Source: Salinispira sp.
GTDB lineage: Bacteria > Spirochaetota > Spirochaetia > DSM-27196 > Salinispiraceae
Reading direction: 5' to 3'
Assembly: GCA_965602015.1 (NCBI GenBank)
Contig: OZ271918.1
Coordinates: 2,720,001-2,784,000, forward strand
DNA: 64,000 nucleotides
Position 1 is the first letter of the stretch, and each line of letters opens with the position of its first letter. A program made the position numbers and the translations under genes. This document shows positions 1 to 10,079 of the stretch, piece after piece. The notes beneath the pieces were generated by a model. The model made no database searches, was not told the origin of the DNA, and saw only the letters and a list, made by a program, of their open reading frames with translations.

Positions 1-285
1 ACCCTCGAGGAAGAGGGTACTAAACGAAGGAAACTCATAAAGCGGCTCATGGATCTTCGGGACGATATGCAGGACGCGGATATTCCCTGCAGCGTTTCAA
101 CCCCAAGCGGAAGCGTAGCCGAAGCCATAGCCCGGGAAGCCGTTGATTTTTCGGCGGATTATATCCTGATGGGGAGTCACGGGAACGGTGCCATGTACCA
201 CCTTGTAGTGGGATCGGTGGCCGAGGGAGTTCTCAAACGGACCGGCAAACCGGTCATCCTCGTCCCTTCGAAGGACGGTCAGTAG
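1..285 (+). CDS. Universal stress protein (5'-truncated by window edge)
   Basis: Frame is open from base 1. C-terminal USP signature ILMGSHG...GSVAEGVLKRTGKPVILVP. Confidence 0.85.
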   Translation, partial: TLEEEGTKRRKLIKRLMDLRDDMQDADIPCSVSTPSGSVAEAIAREAVDFSADYILMGSHGNGAMYHLVVGSVAEGVLKRTGKPVILVPSKDGQ

Positions 286-295
286 GAGCCTGTGA

Positions 296-1501
296 TTACC
301 GGAGGTTGTAGAGCATGGCTTTGAGCGCTTCGCTTTGCAGCTTCCGGGGGTTATTCCGGGCCTGGCGGGGATTGAACCCTCCGTCTACCAGCCGATGGAT
401 GTCATCCCTGGTGCTCACCCCAAGGTCATGCAGACTCCCCGGAAGTCCGAAATCATTCCTCATCTGGCTCAGGCGAATCGCCGCTTCGTGGGGAGTCTCC
501 TCTCCCATGGCCCGGCATATTTCCAGAATGCTTTGGCGGACCCACATCGCCCCATTGGGATGCTGACAGTCGCCGTCGTCAAGCTGATAATTGTATTCGA
601 TAAATCCCGGCAGCAGCACGGCCAAACCCATGCCGTGGGGCACTTTGAACAAGCTGGTTAGATAAAATGCCAGGGCGTGGGGTCCCGTGAGGCCTGACTG
701 ATCCAGGCTCCGGGCTGCACGAATAGAGCTGTTGGCCAGGGAAAGCAGGGCTTCCTCGCTTCCCGCAACCGCTTCGGGAAGGGCCCGATAGAGTTCTTCC
801 AGGGCGGACAGACTCTCGTCATGGGCATCCGCATCGGCTTTCGCCGACCATATTCCCTCGATGGCATGGGCGATGCTGTCAAAACCCTCCCCGGCAATCT
901 GGTTCGGACTTTGCATGATGCTGAAAAAGGGGTCGAAACAGGCGAGGTCCGGCACCAGCCGGTCATCCTGCAACTCGCAGGTTTTCCGGCCGCGCAGATA
1001 GTAGGCCCTCGAACTTACCGCCGAGCCGCTGCCAAAACCGCTTGAAACCGCGAATACTTTTGGTCTGGCATCCCGGCTCGCCCGGAATCTCATGATTTTT
1101 TTCGTGAGTATGTCGTCTTCAGCGTCGGGATGAAGAAATGATTCGAACAGGTAAATCTCATCTTCGTCGGCATCATAGAGGTAATGCCTGAGCATCTTGC
1201 CCAGATCAATGGCCCCTTCCCTGCCGAGACAAATAATCGAATCAAAATCCCTGTCCATGTAGTAATGAAGGGCATCGCCGATTTCTGCATTGGAAAGGGG
1301 ATACGTGAATGAAGAATACAGCCGATAGTGCTGTTTCCTGATTTTGCTATTTGAAAGTACCTGGGTGAAGGGAACAATATCCCAGGCTTTTTTCGAAGCC
1401 AGGATCAGCGGTTTGCCGATCTGCCAGTGCTCCAGAACCTCGACCAAATGCGAGGTCCCTTGATTGCCAACGTACACATCTTGAAGTATCCCAGCTCGCA
1501 T
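296..1501 (-). CDS. Iron-containing alcohol dehydrogenase family protein
   Basis: Metal ligands DSIAHAIE and HALAFYL...VPHG, C-terminal NNPR motif. NAD-binding glycine motifs are atypical. Confidence 0.75.
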   Translation of the reverse strand: MRAGILQDVYVGNQGTSHLVEVLEHWQIGKPLILASKKAWDIVPFTQVLSNSKIRKQHYRLYSSFTYPLSNAEIGDALHYYMDRDFDSIICLGREGAIDLGKMLRHYLYDADEDEIYLFESFLHPDAEDDILTKKIMRFRASRDARPKVFAVSSGFGSGSAVSSRAYYLRGRKTCELQDDRLVPDLACFDPFFSIMQSPNQIAGEGFDSIAHAIEGIWSAKADADAHDESLSALEELYRALPEAVAGSEEALLSLANSSIRAARSLDQSGLTGPHALAFYLTSLFKVPHGMGLAVLLPGFIEYNYQLDDGDCQHPNGAMWVRQSILEICRAMGEETPHEAAIRLSQMRNDFGLPGSLHDLGVSTRDDIHRLVDGGFNPRQARNNPRKLQSEALKAMLYNLR

Positions 1502-1621
1502 ACGATAACTATATACCGATATTATGAGAATTGGGTTATAAATTTCGAAAAAATGCGTTTTTTTCTGTATTTTTTTACATTTCTGCTACATTCCTGTCTA
1601 GTAAGAAGTTAGAATGCAGCA

Positions 1622-2422
1622 ATGACAAAAACCGGATTCGGCACGCATATCGCATGGCTTTCAGACATTCATATCGGCGCTGAAGGGGAGCTTCCCCACG
1701 GCGTGGATGTCAGGAATAACTTCATCAGGCTGATCCGCGATATCGCCGTCTTCGAGCCGGAGGTCCTCGTCCTGGGCGGCGACTTATGCCGCTGGGAGGG
1801 CGATGCCCGGGTATACCGCTGGATATCCGGCATCCTGAATGAGATTTCAGCGGATTGCAGAATCTGGGTTCTTCCGGGAAATCACGACGATCCCGCTCTG
1901 ATGAAGCAGACAGACGGACCGGTGAGTGTAGCCGGTCAGCTGCCCCGGATTGAACTGGTTTCCAGCCCTGCCGGAGATGTACGCTGCTTTCTCCTTGACA
2001 GTTCTCCCGGTGACCTGGACAGCAGTCAGCTCCGTTGGCTAGCCGCAGAGATGGATAAGGCGGAGGATGCGGCCCAATCCGGCACTGTGGCCGAACAGCT
2101 CCCGCCACTGGTATTCATCCACCATCCCCCTGCCCTGATGGGTGTCCCGTTTATGGATCGGAACTATCCTCTGAAAAACCACCGCGAACTGTCGGCCCTG
2201 CTTGAGACCCGGTGCTGTTGGGTTTTCAGCGGCCATTACCATTGCGATGTTCAGCGGAATATCGGTCTCAGCACGGCGTTTGCCAGTCCGTCGGCATTTA
2301 CGGCCATCAGCCCCCTCGCCGAGACCCATGTGCCCGACGCGGTGCCGCCGGGCTGGCGGCTGATCCGCATTGATGAGCAGGGGCTGCACACCTACCCCCG
2401 CTACCTTTATCCGATGCCCTGA
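1622..2422 (+). CDS. Calcineurin-like metallophosphoesterase (CpdA/GpdQ-like)
   Basis: Motifs SDIH, GGD, PGNHD, HHPP and SGHYH. Confidence 0.85.
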   Translation: MTKTGFGTHIAWLSDIHIGAEGELPHGVDVRNNFIRLIRDIAVFEPEVLVLGGDLCRWEGDARVYRWISGILNEISADCRIWVLPGNHDDPALMKQTDGPVSVAGQLPRIELVSSPAGDVRCFLLDSSPGDLDSSQLRWLAAEMDKAEDAAQSGTVAEQLPPLVFIHHPPALMGVPFMDRNYPLKNHRELSALLETRCCWVFSGHYHCDVQRNIGLSTAFASPSAFTAISPLAETHVPDAVPPGWRLIRIDEQGLHTYPRYLYPMP

Positions 2423-2979
2423 AACCCCATAAAGGCCAGGGCCAGCAGTCCGGCGGTAACCAGGGAAATGGGAGCCCCCTTCATGGCCTTGGGCAAATTC
2501 GCAAACTCCAGGCGTTCGCGGATTCCGGCGAAGATAAAAAGCGCAAGGGTGAATCCGATGGCGCTTGCAACGGCGAACACAACCCCTTCTCCGAGATTGT
2601 AATTATTGCGAACGACCAGGAGGGCAACGCCGAGAATAGCGCAGTTCGTGGTTATGAGCGGCAGGAAAACGCCGAGGGCCTGATAGAGCACCGGCGATAC
2701 CTTTTTGATAATCAGTTCGACCATCTGAACCAGACCGGCGATGACCAGAATAAAGGCGACGGTTTGGAGGAAGGTGATTTGCAGCGGCACGAGTATCAGA
2801 TTCTGAATGAGAAAGGTGACGATGCTCGCCAGGGTCATGACGAACATTACCGCCGCCCCCATTCCCAGAGCGGTGGAAATCCGGGAGCTCACCCCGAGAA
2901 AAGGGCAAATCCCCAAAAACTGAACGAGTACGATGTTATTTACCAGTGCCGCACTTATAAACAGGCTGAACAAATTCAT
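2407..2979 (-). CDS. rnfA: Rnf complex subunit A
   Basis: NNIVLVQFLGICPFLG and LPLITTNCAILG. Start taken at MNLFSLF. Confidence 0.95.
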   Translation of the reverse strand: MNLFSLFISAALVNNIVLVQFLGICPFLGVSSRISTALGMGAAVMFVMTLASIVTFLIQNLILVPLQITFLQTVAFILVIAGLVQMVELIIKKVSPVLYQALGVFLPLITTNCAILGVALLVVRNNYNLGEGVVFAVASAIGFTLALFIFAGIRERLEFANLPKAMKGAPISLVTAGLLALAFMGFQGIG

Positions 2980-2989
2980 ATAGACCCTC

Positions 2990-3595
2990 CTAGCTCCGGG
3001 CACCCGCCGAGCGGGCCTTTACGGCATTTACCGAAGCAATAATCAACCCCAGCGCAATAAATGCTCCGGGCGGCATGATAAACAGAAGCATGGTGGTGGC
3101 ATTCTCCCCGACGAAACTGAAGCCGAACAGCGAACCGTTGCCGAGGATTTCCCGCACTGAACCGAGCATGGTCAGCGCCATGGCGAAACCGAGGCCCATT
3201 CCGAGCCCGTCGAAGAGGGACGACAGCACGCCGTTTTTCCCGGCAAAAGCCTCCGCCCGTCCGAGGATTATGCAGTTGACGACTATGAGGGGAATAAACA
3301 GTCCGAGCTGCTCGTGGAGGCTGGGTAGCCGGGCGGCCATCATCAAGTCAATTACCGTAACAAAGCTGGCGATAACGACGATGTAGGCGGGAATCCGCAC
3401 CTTGTCGGGGATGAAATTCTTGATGGCGGCGATGACCATATTCGAACCCAGCAACACCGAAGTGGTGGCCAGCCCCATGGCCAGGCCGTTCATCGCCGAG
3501 TTGGTAACGCCCAGGGTGGGACACATTCCCAGAAGCAGGACAAATACCGGGTTTTCCCGGAAGAATCCCTTGCTGAAGGTCTTAGTCAGACTCAT
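2990..3595 (-). CDS. rnfE: Rnf complex subunit E
   Basis: ENPVFVLLLGMCPTLGVT and IPLIVVNCIILGRAEAFA. Confidence 0.95.
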   Translation of the reverse strand: MSLTKTFSKGFFRENPVFVLLLGMCPTLGVTNSAMNGLAMGLATTSVLLGSNMVIAAIKNFIPDKVRIPAYIVVIASFVTVIDLMMAARLPSLHEQLGLFIPLIVVNCIILGRAEAFAGKNGVLSSLFDGLGMGLGFAMALTMLGSVREILGNGSLFGFSFVGENATTMLLFIMPPGAFIALGLIIASVNAVKARSAGARS

Positions 3596-4161
3596 TGAAC
3601 ACCTCCGAAATAGCCTTCTGCGGACTTCCATGCGCGATTAACCGCATCGACATACGCCCTGGAGCTGATGGTAGCCGCGGTAACCGAATCTATAGCGCCC
3701 CCGTCCTTTCCCACCGCCAGGGACTGATCGGCTCCCAGCGACAGCCCGCGGAACTGCCGGGCAAAGGCCTCATCGTTGACCTTGCTTCCCAGTCCCGGGG
3801 TTTCCGCGTGGCGGACTGCGGTGGCGTTTATCAGCTCTCCCGCCGGAGTGAAGCCCGCCATAACCTGCATTTCTCCGCTGAACGCCTGATCGGTGATGCC
3901 GAGGACGGCGACAGCCACCAGATCGCCGTCGCGGTATGCCGGGTAAAGCCGATACCCCCCGGCTTCGGTCTGGTCTGCCAGGAGATCGTTATCGTAATCC
4001 GGGAGAACCGCTTCCAGGGCCGACAACTGCTTCGCCAGCTGATGGGCGGCGATAGCTTCCCGGGTGTATTCGAATGTGGCCGCCAACAGGCCGGCGGAAA
4101 TCAGGGCGATGGCCAGGAGCACCACCAGCATGTTCGCGAAGCTCGACTCGAGTTTTTTCAT
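3592..4161 (-). CDS. rnfG: Rnf complex subunit G
   Basis: N-terminal TM helix, HAETPGLG and FMN-attachment motif VTAATISS. Start taken at MKKLESS. Confidence 0.93.
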   Translation of the reverse strand: MKKLESSFANMLVVLLAIALISAGLLAATFEYTREAIAAHQLAKQLSALEAVLPDYDNDLLADQTEAGGYRLYPAYRDGDLVAVAVLGITDQAFSGEMQVMAGFTPAGELINATAVRHAETPGLGSKVNDEAFARQFRGLSLGADQSLAVGKDGGAIDSVTAATISSRAYVDAVNRAWKSAEGYFGGVQ

Positions 4162-5189
4162 GTACCGGCCTCCTTTTTTTGGGATTTCTGCGCTGCGGGT
4201 GCCTGTCCGGGCCGGGCGCCGAATCGCTTGGGGAGCACGTACTTGTCGATAACCGGGACGAATGCATTCATGATGAGAATGGCGTAGCTCACCCCTTCGG
4301 GATACGCGCCGAACAGCCTGATCAATCCCGTCAGGGTTCCCGCAGATGCGGCGTAAATAACCCTGCCTTTGAAGGTCATGGGACTGGTGACCATGTCGGT
4401 GGCCATAAACCATGCGCCGAGCATTGCGCCGCCTGCCAGCAGATGGAACAGCGGGTCTGCATAGCTCGCCGGATCGATGAGCCAGAATATTCCGGTAAAC
4501 AGACCGAGGCTGCCGAGGAACAGCAGGGGAACTTCCCAGCTGATGACCTTTTTATAGAGCAGGAACAGCCCTCCGATGAGTATCGCCAGGGCCGAGATTT
4601 CCCCGGCAGATCCGCTTATCCGTCCGAGAAAAAGATCCATATAGCCCGGGAGATCGGCTGTTGCGCCGCCCTCCGCAAGCCGGGCGAGGGGGGTGGAACT
4701 GCTCACCGCATCGATGTTCCAGGTCAACAAGCCCTGCCCTCTCTGCGGCCAGGTGGCCATATGGCCTGGAAAGGAAGCCAGCATAAATGCCCGTCCGACC
4801 AGCGCCGGATTAAAGGGATTGTGTCCAAGCCCGCCGAATGCCATTTTGCCCAGGCCGAGGGCGAATACCGCGCCGGCGGCCACCATCCACAGGGGGATTC
4901 CCGCCGGAACATTAACGCTCAAAAGCAGTCCTGTCAGCAGTGCAGAGCCGTCGGATATGCGGCTTTCCCTCTTGAGCAGGAACCGGGTCACCGCCCATTC
5001 GGTGACCAGCGACGTCACCACGGCTACCGCCACAATGGCCAGAACCCGAATCCCGAATGACCAGACGCTGACTGCCAGAGCCGGCAGCAGGGCGAGGTTT
5101 ACCGCCCACATTACCGAGGAAACCGAATCCCTGCTTTGCACATGGGGCGAGAGTGAAATGGTAAACCTGTGCGCTGTTGTGTTTGCCAT
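4158..5189 (-). CDS. rnfD: Rnf complex subunit D
   Basis: SPH, FGGLGHNPFNPALVGRAF, SSSTPL (FMN site) and FMATDMVTSP. Start taken at MANTTAH. Confidence 0.95.
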   Translation of the reverse strand: MANTTAHRFTISLSPHVQSRDSVSSVMWAVNLALLPALAVSVWSFGIRVLAIVAVAVVTSLVTEWAVTRFLLKRESRISDGSALLTGLLLSVNVPAGIPLWMVAAGAVFALGLGKMAFGGLGHNPFNPALVGRAFMLASFPGHMATWPQRGQGLLTWNIDAVSSSTPLARLAEGGATADLPGYMDLFLGRISGSAGEISALAILIGGLFLLYKKVISWEVPLLFLGSLGLFTGIFWLIDPASYADPLFHLLAGGAMLGAWFMATDMVTSPMTFKGRVIYAASAGTLTGLIRLFGAYPEGVSYAILIMNAFVPVIDKYVLPKRFGARPGQAPAAQKSQKKEAGT

Positions 5190-5191
5190 GA

Positions 5192-6529
5192 TTATTTCCC
5201 CTTCCTCTTGGCGGCGATAACCGCCGCCTTGCCGAGGCGGATATAGTCCACCAGCGGACGGTGCGAAGGACAGGTGTAGGAGCAGCTGCCGCATTCCACG
5301 CAGTCCAGGATGTTTCGCTTTTCCGCGTCGCCGTAGCGCTTCATTTCGCTGAGCTGCTGCAGAAGATAGGGTTCCAAACCCATGGGACAGGCATGTACGC
5401 AGCGGCCGCATCGAATGCAGTCCTCGACCTTGCTCCGGGCAGCTTCTTCCGCGGTCAGCACCAGAATGCCGCCGGTTCCTTTGGTGACCGGGATGTCCAG
5501 CCTTTGGGCTGCCTTGCCCATCATCGGCCCCCCGAGGATGACCTTGCCCGCTTGTTCACTGAGCCCGCCGGCGGCATTAATTACATCCTGCAGGGGCGTG
5601 CCGATACGCACGAGAAAGTTCCCGGGGCGTTTGACCCCCCGGCCGGTGACCGTAACAACCCGGCGCACCAGGGGGATGTTCCGCATGTAGGCGTCATAGG
5701 CGGCCTTGGCGGTGGCCACATTGTTCACTACGCATCCCACCTCTATCGGAAGGGTTCCCGAGGGGACCTCCCTGCCGGTAACCGCACGGATAAGCTGCTT
5801 TTCGGCGCCTTGGGGGTACTTAACCTTCAGGGGCTGCACCGCTATACCCACGCCGAGACGGGCGACCCGTTCGGCCATGTGCTCGAGGGCATCGGGCTTA
5901 TTGGCCTCGATGCCCATCACAACCCGATCAACCGAGAGATTACGCCTCAGGAGCTCGGTGCCCAGGATGATTTCATCGGCGTACTCGAGCATTATCCGGT
6001 GGTCTGAAGTCAGATAGGGTTCGCACTCGACGGCATTAATAAGGAGGGTGTCCGCTTTTTTGCCCGGGGGAAGGGAGTATTTAACATTGCTGGGGAAGGT
6101 GGCTCCCCCCAGCCCCACAACGCCCATTTCCAGCAGCTTTTCGTTTATACCCGGGGTTTCTTCCGGGAGGGCCGGGATTTCCGCTGAGAACGCATCAATG
6201 CCTTCCTCCCATTCGTCTCCGTCGACGGAAATTATTATCGCCTGCCGGGGGAAACCGGCCACATCGTAGGCGCTGGCCAATCGTTTGACCGTGCCTGATA
6301 CGGGAGAATGGACATTTGCGGAGATGAAGCCTTCGGCCTTGGCGATAAGGGTGCCGGTTTTTACCGCATCACCGGGCTTTACCAGCGGGCTGGCGGGCTT
6401 TCCGAGGTGCTGGCTCAAAAGCACCGTTACTTCTTTTGGGAGGGGCAGCTCGTAGATAGGGATGCCCGCTGTGAGTTTTTCCTCGGGTGGATGTATTCCG
6501 CCCATGGGGAAGGTCTTGAAAGCCGTCAT
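5192..6529 (-). CDS. rnfC: Rnf complex subunit C
   Basis: GIHPPE, GLGGATFP, ECEPYLTSD, YPQGAEKQL and two CxxCxxCxxxCP clusters. Confidence 0.95.
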   Translation of the reverse strand: MTAFKTFPMGGIHPPEEKLTAGIPIYELPLPKEVTVLLSQHLGKPASPLVKPGDAVKTGTLIAKAEGFISANVHSPVSGTVKRLASAYDVAGFPRQAIIISVDGDEWEEGIDAFSAEIPALPEETPGINEKLLEMGVVGLGGATFPSNVKYSLPPGKKADTLLINAVECEPYLTSDHRIMLEYADEIILGTELLRRNLSVDRVVMGIEANKPDALEHMAERVARLGVGIAVQPLKVKYPQGAEKQLIRAVTGREVPSGTLPIEVGCVVNNVATAKAAYDAYMRNIPLVRRVVTVTGRGVKRPGNFLVRIGTPLQDVINAAGGLSEQAGKVILGGPMMGKAAQRLDIPVTKGTGGILVLTAEEAARSKVEDCIRCGRCVHACPMGLEPYLLQQLSEMKRYGDAEKRNILDCVECGSCSYTCPSHRPLVDYIRLGKAAVIAAKRKGK

Positions 6530-7398
6530 GCGTTGGCCTCCTCGGATTCTGCTTGCTTTGCTTTCGGCGGCTTGACTTCAAACGTCGCCTGAATGGCCCC
6601 GGTGGGGCATACGGGAACGCATTTTCCGCATATAATGCATTTTTCCGGATCGATGTATGCCAGATTGTTTTCCATGCTAATGGCCTGGACCTTCTCCGGA
6701 CAGGTTTTCACGCATATTCCGCAGCCGATACAGGCATTCGAACAGTGTTTTTTTGCCTGGGCGCCTTTCTCCCTGCTTTGACAATTGACCCAGACCCGCC
6801 GTTCTTTCCGGCCCACAGGACGCAGCTCAAACAGGTCGCGGGGGCAGGCGACGACGCATGCGTTACATGCGGTGCACTTCTCGGGATCGACCTCCGGCAG
6901 TCCGGTTTCTTTATTCATGTGGAGGGCATCGAATTCACAGACCGCCTGGCAGTCACCCTGCCCCAGGCAGCCGAAGGGGCAGCCCGATTCGCCGGAATGC
7001 AGCATTGCCTGTATGCTGCAGCTCGACGGTCCGTCGTACTGTGATTTCGCCGGAGCGGCCTGGCAGCTTCCGCCGCAGCGCAGCACCGCAACTTTCTGAT
7101 CGATTACTCCGGCCTCGAGACCGAAATAGGAGCTAATTTCCTCCATAGTGCTTGGGCCGCCGGGAGGACAGCTGAGATGGGAAATATCGCCTTCTTCCGA
7201 CGCCTTGACCAGGGCTTCGGCCATTCCCGGACAACCGGGAAAGCCGCAGGCTCCGCAGTTAATGCCCGGGAGCAGCGCTTCAACTTCGGCGACCCGGGGA
7301 TCTTCCTGAACATGGAAGCGGCGGGCGACGACGAAAAGCAGGACGGCGAACAGCGCGGCTATTCCGCCCAGACTTATCAGTGAGTACAATATTGTCAT
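6526..7398 (-). CDS. rnfB: Rnf complex subunit B
   Basis: N-terminal TM, LPGINCGACGFPGC and several 4Fe-4S motifs. Confidence 0.95.
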   Translation of the reverse strand: MTILYSLISLGGIAALFAVLLFVVARRFHVQEDPRVAEVEALLPGINCGACGFPGCPGMAEALVKASEEGDISHLSCPPGGPSTMEEISSYFGLEAGVIDQKVAVLRCGGSCQAAPAKSQYDGPSSCSIQAMLHSGESGCPFGCLGQGDCQAVCEFDALHMNKETGLPEVDPEKCTACNACVVACPRDLFELRPVGRKERRVWVNCQSREKGAQAKKHCSNACIGCGICVKTCPEKVQAISMENNLAYIDPEKCIICGKCVPVCPTGAIQATFEVKPPKAKQAESEEANA

Positions 7399-7432
7399 AC
7401 AACACCCCTCAGGTGGTTTCTGTATCTACTGC

Positions 7433-7915
7433 CTAGTGCAGCTCACAAGCTTCGGTAACAGAATCGTTGAGAAGGGTGGCGGTGAAGCTGATGCGGGCTT
7501 TTAACGCCTTTCGGAAGAGGCTCAACACCGTATAGTACAGGGCGATCGAGCCGAGAGCCATTGCGGCCAGTAACTCTTCCGACATTCCCCGGGATTGAAA
7601 TGACAGGATGATGGTAAAAACTAAAGCCAGCGGCATCACGAAGGAAAGCAGCACCGACAAAATGCCGTCGGCGGTCTTCATTCGCAAATCGACGGCAGAA
7701 CCGACGCCTACGCCGTCCTCGGCGACGGCTTCTACCAGGCGGCCGGTACTGCCGCCCAGGGACTTGCTGCCGCAGCCCCCCTGCAGATGACAACTGCCGC
7801 AGGCTGAGTCTTGATATATACGGACAAATGCCCGGTTACCCTCCACGCTCTCGACAACGCCTCTTTGGCTGACTGTCCGAGCCTGGGAACCGGAGCTGGT
7901 ATAATGTTGAGTCAT
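7433..7915 (-). CDS. rseC: RseC/MucC family (SoxR reducing system) protein
   Basis: SACGSC...GC Cys motif, two C-terminal TM helices, immediately upstream of rnfB. Start taken at MTQHY. Confidence 0.8.
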   Translation of the reverse strand: MTQHYTSSGSQARTVSQRGVVESVEGNRAFVRIYQDSACGSCHLQGGCGSKSLGGSTGRLVEAVAEDGVGVGSAVDLRMKTADGILSVLLSFVMPLALVFTIILSFQSRGMSEELLAAMALGSIALYYTVLSLFRKALKARISFTATLLNDSVTEACELH

Positions 7916-7957
7916 GTAAATCCCCGAAAACTCCCGGTATGATTCTGGTACCGGCGT

Positions 7958-7986
7958 ATTATACACCGGTCTAGGATTCTGAACAA
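7958..7986 (-). promoter_or_regulatory. Candidate sigma70-type promoter of the rseC-rnf operon
   Basis: Minus strand reads TTGTTC-17 bp-TATAAT, about 40 bp upstream of the rseC start. Confidence 0.5.
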
Positions 7987-8015
7987 CATTATAAAAACAA
8001 TATATTGAACAGGGC

Positions 8016-10079
8016 TCAATCTCCGGTGCCGCAGCTGAACTCAATTACCGCGCTTTCCATGGGGGGAATAACGATTTCACAACCGTCAAGCTGTCCCGAG
8101 CCGATTATCCAGCGCAGCGGGCAGTCGCAGTTTTGAACCGATGAGAGCGAGGTTCGCAGGGCGCTGTGTTCGAGATTTACCATGATAAGCAGTCCCCGGT
8201 GCCCGTCATCAAGGGCATAGGCCAGGGTCCAGGGGCCTTCAGTGTCGATTATGCGCTTGCGATTGTGGATTTCACCGTGATCGCCCAGATGAAGCAAATT
8301 TTCCCGTTTTCGGAACGCGAGCAGCAGCTTCACATGTTCGAGGATTTCCCTGGACATATCGTCATCCTGCCAGGGGAAAGCGTTTATACTGTCGCCGGAA
8401 TTATAGGAGTTATGGACGTAGGGGCCTATGGTTTCCCGGGCAGAATTCGACAGGTTCGGCTTGGTTCGGCCCCTCTCCTGGCCGGCGTGAAGAAACACAA
8501 CTCCCTGGCTGGTGGCGAGCATGAGGTTCGCCGCCTTGATGCGCTGAATAAGCTCCCGCCGGTCTGCGGGGTTCTCAGGATCGAGCCCGCCATTATAGGC
8601 CAGCGAGTCCCGAAGGGTGAGCCCGTCGTGACACACCAGGTAGTTTACCACCTGACGGGGAGAAAACGTCCGAAAATTATGCTGCGGGTTGCCCAGCAGG
8701 TTGTGGAGAAGGTGGTGTTTGTCCACCTCGAGACCGCTGACAAACCCGGGGCTGGCCTCATTGAGCCCTCCACCTTTCAGGAGGTCCCGAATTTCGTCGG
8801 AAAACATGGCCACGGGGATATTGTCCGATGCCCGATCCTGATCCATTCCAGAGGTACCCTCGGCCCCGTTGTACATCCTCCAGCCCTCGCCGAGCATAAC
8901 GATGTCCGGATTGATTTCCCTGAGCATTGCATCGACTTCCAGAACGGTCCGGTCGTCGATCAGGCCCATCAGATCAAAGCGGAAGCCGTCGACGCAGAAT
9001 TCCTCGAGGAAATAGCGGAGGCTGTCGTGCACCAGCCGTCGGGCCATGGGGCGCTCACTGGCGAAATCATTGCCGCAGCCGGAGTTCGACGTAAAATTGC
9101 CCTCGTGATTTCGCCGGAACCAATAACCCGGGCAGCTCGCTTCGAGGCTGTGTGTCCTGGCCATATGATTGTACACGACGTCGAGAATTATCCCCAGCCC
9201 GCGGCGGTGCGCTTCCTTTATGAGGGTTTTAAGTTCACGAATCCGGGCGTAAGGGTCCTCGGGGTCGGCGGAAAACCAGCCCTCGGGAACGAAATAGCTC
9301 AGAGGATCATAGCCCCAGTTGTAATTACCCCCGGTGGTGTCGCCGTTTCCGTCGTGTTCCCTCTTTCGTTCGTCGGCGGAATACGCCTTCATTACCGGCA
9401 GCAGCTGAATATGGGTTACCCCGAGGGATGCGATGTAGTCGAGCTTCCGGGCCATGCCGAGGTAGGTTCCCCTTATCTCCGGCGGGACCCCGGAGTCGGG
9501 ATGAATGGTGAAGTCCCTGACCATGGCTTCGTAAATGACGATATTGCCGCTACTGTCCCCGGAGGCTTTGCTCTCTGCGCCTTCATCCTGTTCCAGGTTT
9601 ACCCTTCGGTGATTCTCCCACCCTCCCGGGGGATCCAATAGTCTATGGGCCATCGGGCCTTCCGGGGGAGTAAGCACGGCCCAGCCATGGAGCTCACCTT
9701 CCTCCTTTTCGGCCCGTACCCCGGGAAAGGGCAAGAGCGCCCGGGCATAGGGGTCGCAAAAAGGATATTCTTTCCCGCCGCGGACGATGATGTAACGGTA
9801 ACCCAGGCTTTCAGGGCTGCCGGGAATGTCTGCGGTTATACTCCAGCTTCCGTCCGCCGGGTCCGGGACAAGCCGCCCCGCGGGATATACATCCTCCGGG
9901 CTGTTATATGACCTGGCAACCTTCGCCGCCTCGGCAAAAATGAGGCGCACTTCGTCGGCACCCGGAGCCCAGAGGCAGAAGCTGCCCCGGAAGCCTTCTT
10001 CGGGGCTGCCGCTCAGCGAAGCGCCCAGGTGCTTTGTGCTGACAAATTCACTCTGATCAAAGGTAAGGACCTGTTTCAT
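8016..10079 (-). CDS. GH13 type I pullulanase / debranching enzyme
   Basis: YNWGYDP, LDVVYNH, DGFRFDLMG, GEGW and VNYLVCHDGLTL. No signal peptide. Confidence 0.9.
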   Translation of the reverse strand: MKQVLTFDQSEFVSTKHLGASLSGSPEEGFRGSFCLWAPGADEVRLIFAEAAKVARSYNSPEDVYPAGRLVPDPADGSWSITADIPGSPESLGYRYIIVRGGKEYPFCDPYARALLPFPGVRAEKEEGELHGWAVLTPPEGPMAHRLLDPPGGWENHRRVNLEQDEGAESKASGDSSGNIVIYEAMVRDFTIHPDSGVPPEIRGTYLGMARKLDYIASLGVTHIQLLPVMKAYSADERKREHDGNGDTTGGNYNWGYDPLSYFVPEGWFSADPEDPYARIRELKTLIKEAHRRGLGIILDVVYNHMARTHSLEASCPGYWFRRNHEGNFTSNSGCGNDFASERPMARRLVHDSLRYFLEEFCVDGFRFDLMGLIDDRTVLEVDAMLREINPDIVMLGEGWRMYNGAEGTSGMDQDRASDNIPVAMFSDEIRDLLKGGGLNEASPGFVSGLEVDKHHLLHNLLGNPQHNFRTFSPRQVVNYLVCHDGLTLRDSLAYNGGLDPENPADRRELIQRIKAANLMLATSQGVVFLHAGQERGRTKPNLSNSARETIGPYVHNSYNSGDSINAFPWQDDDMSREILEHVKLLLAFRKRENLLHLGDHGEIHNRKRIIDTEGPWTLAYALDDGHRGLLIMVNLEHSALRTSLSSVQNCDCPLRWIIGSGQLDGCEIVIPPMESAVIEFSCGTGD

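Noticed and set aside
7780..7810. CGSCH in RseC as a heme c site and substrate for the CcsBA fusion
   Set aside because: It is part of the usual RseC cysteine motif in a segment with no export signal.
8166..9641. 491-aa plus-strand ORF
   Set aside because: Antisense shadow of the pullulanase gene with no recognisable motifs, as expected in GC-rich DNA. The same applies to the many other overlapping antisense ORFs.
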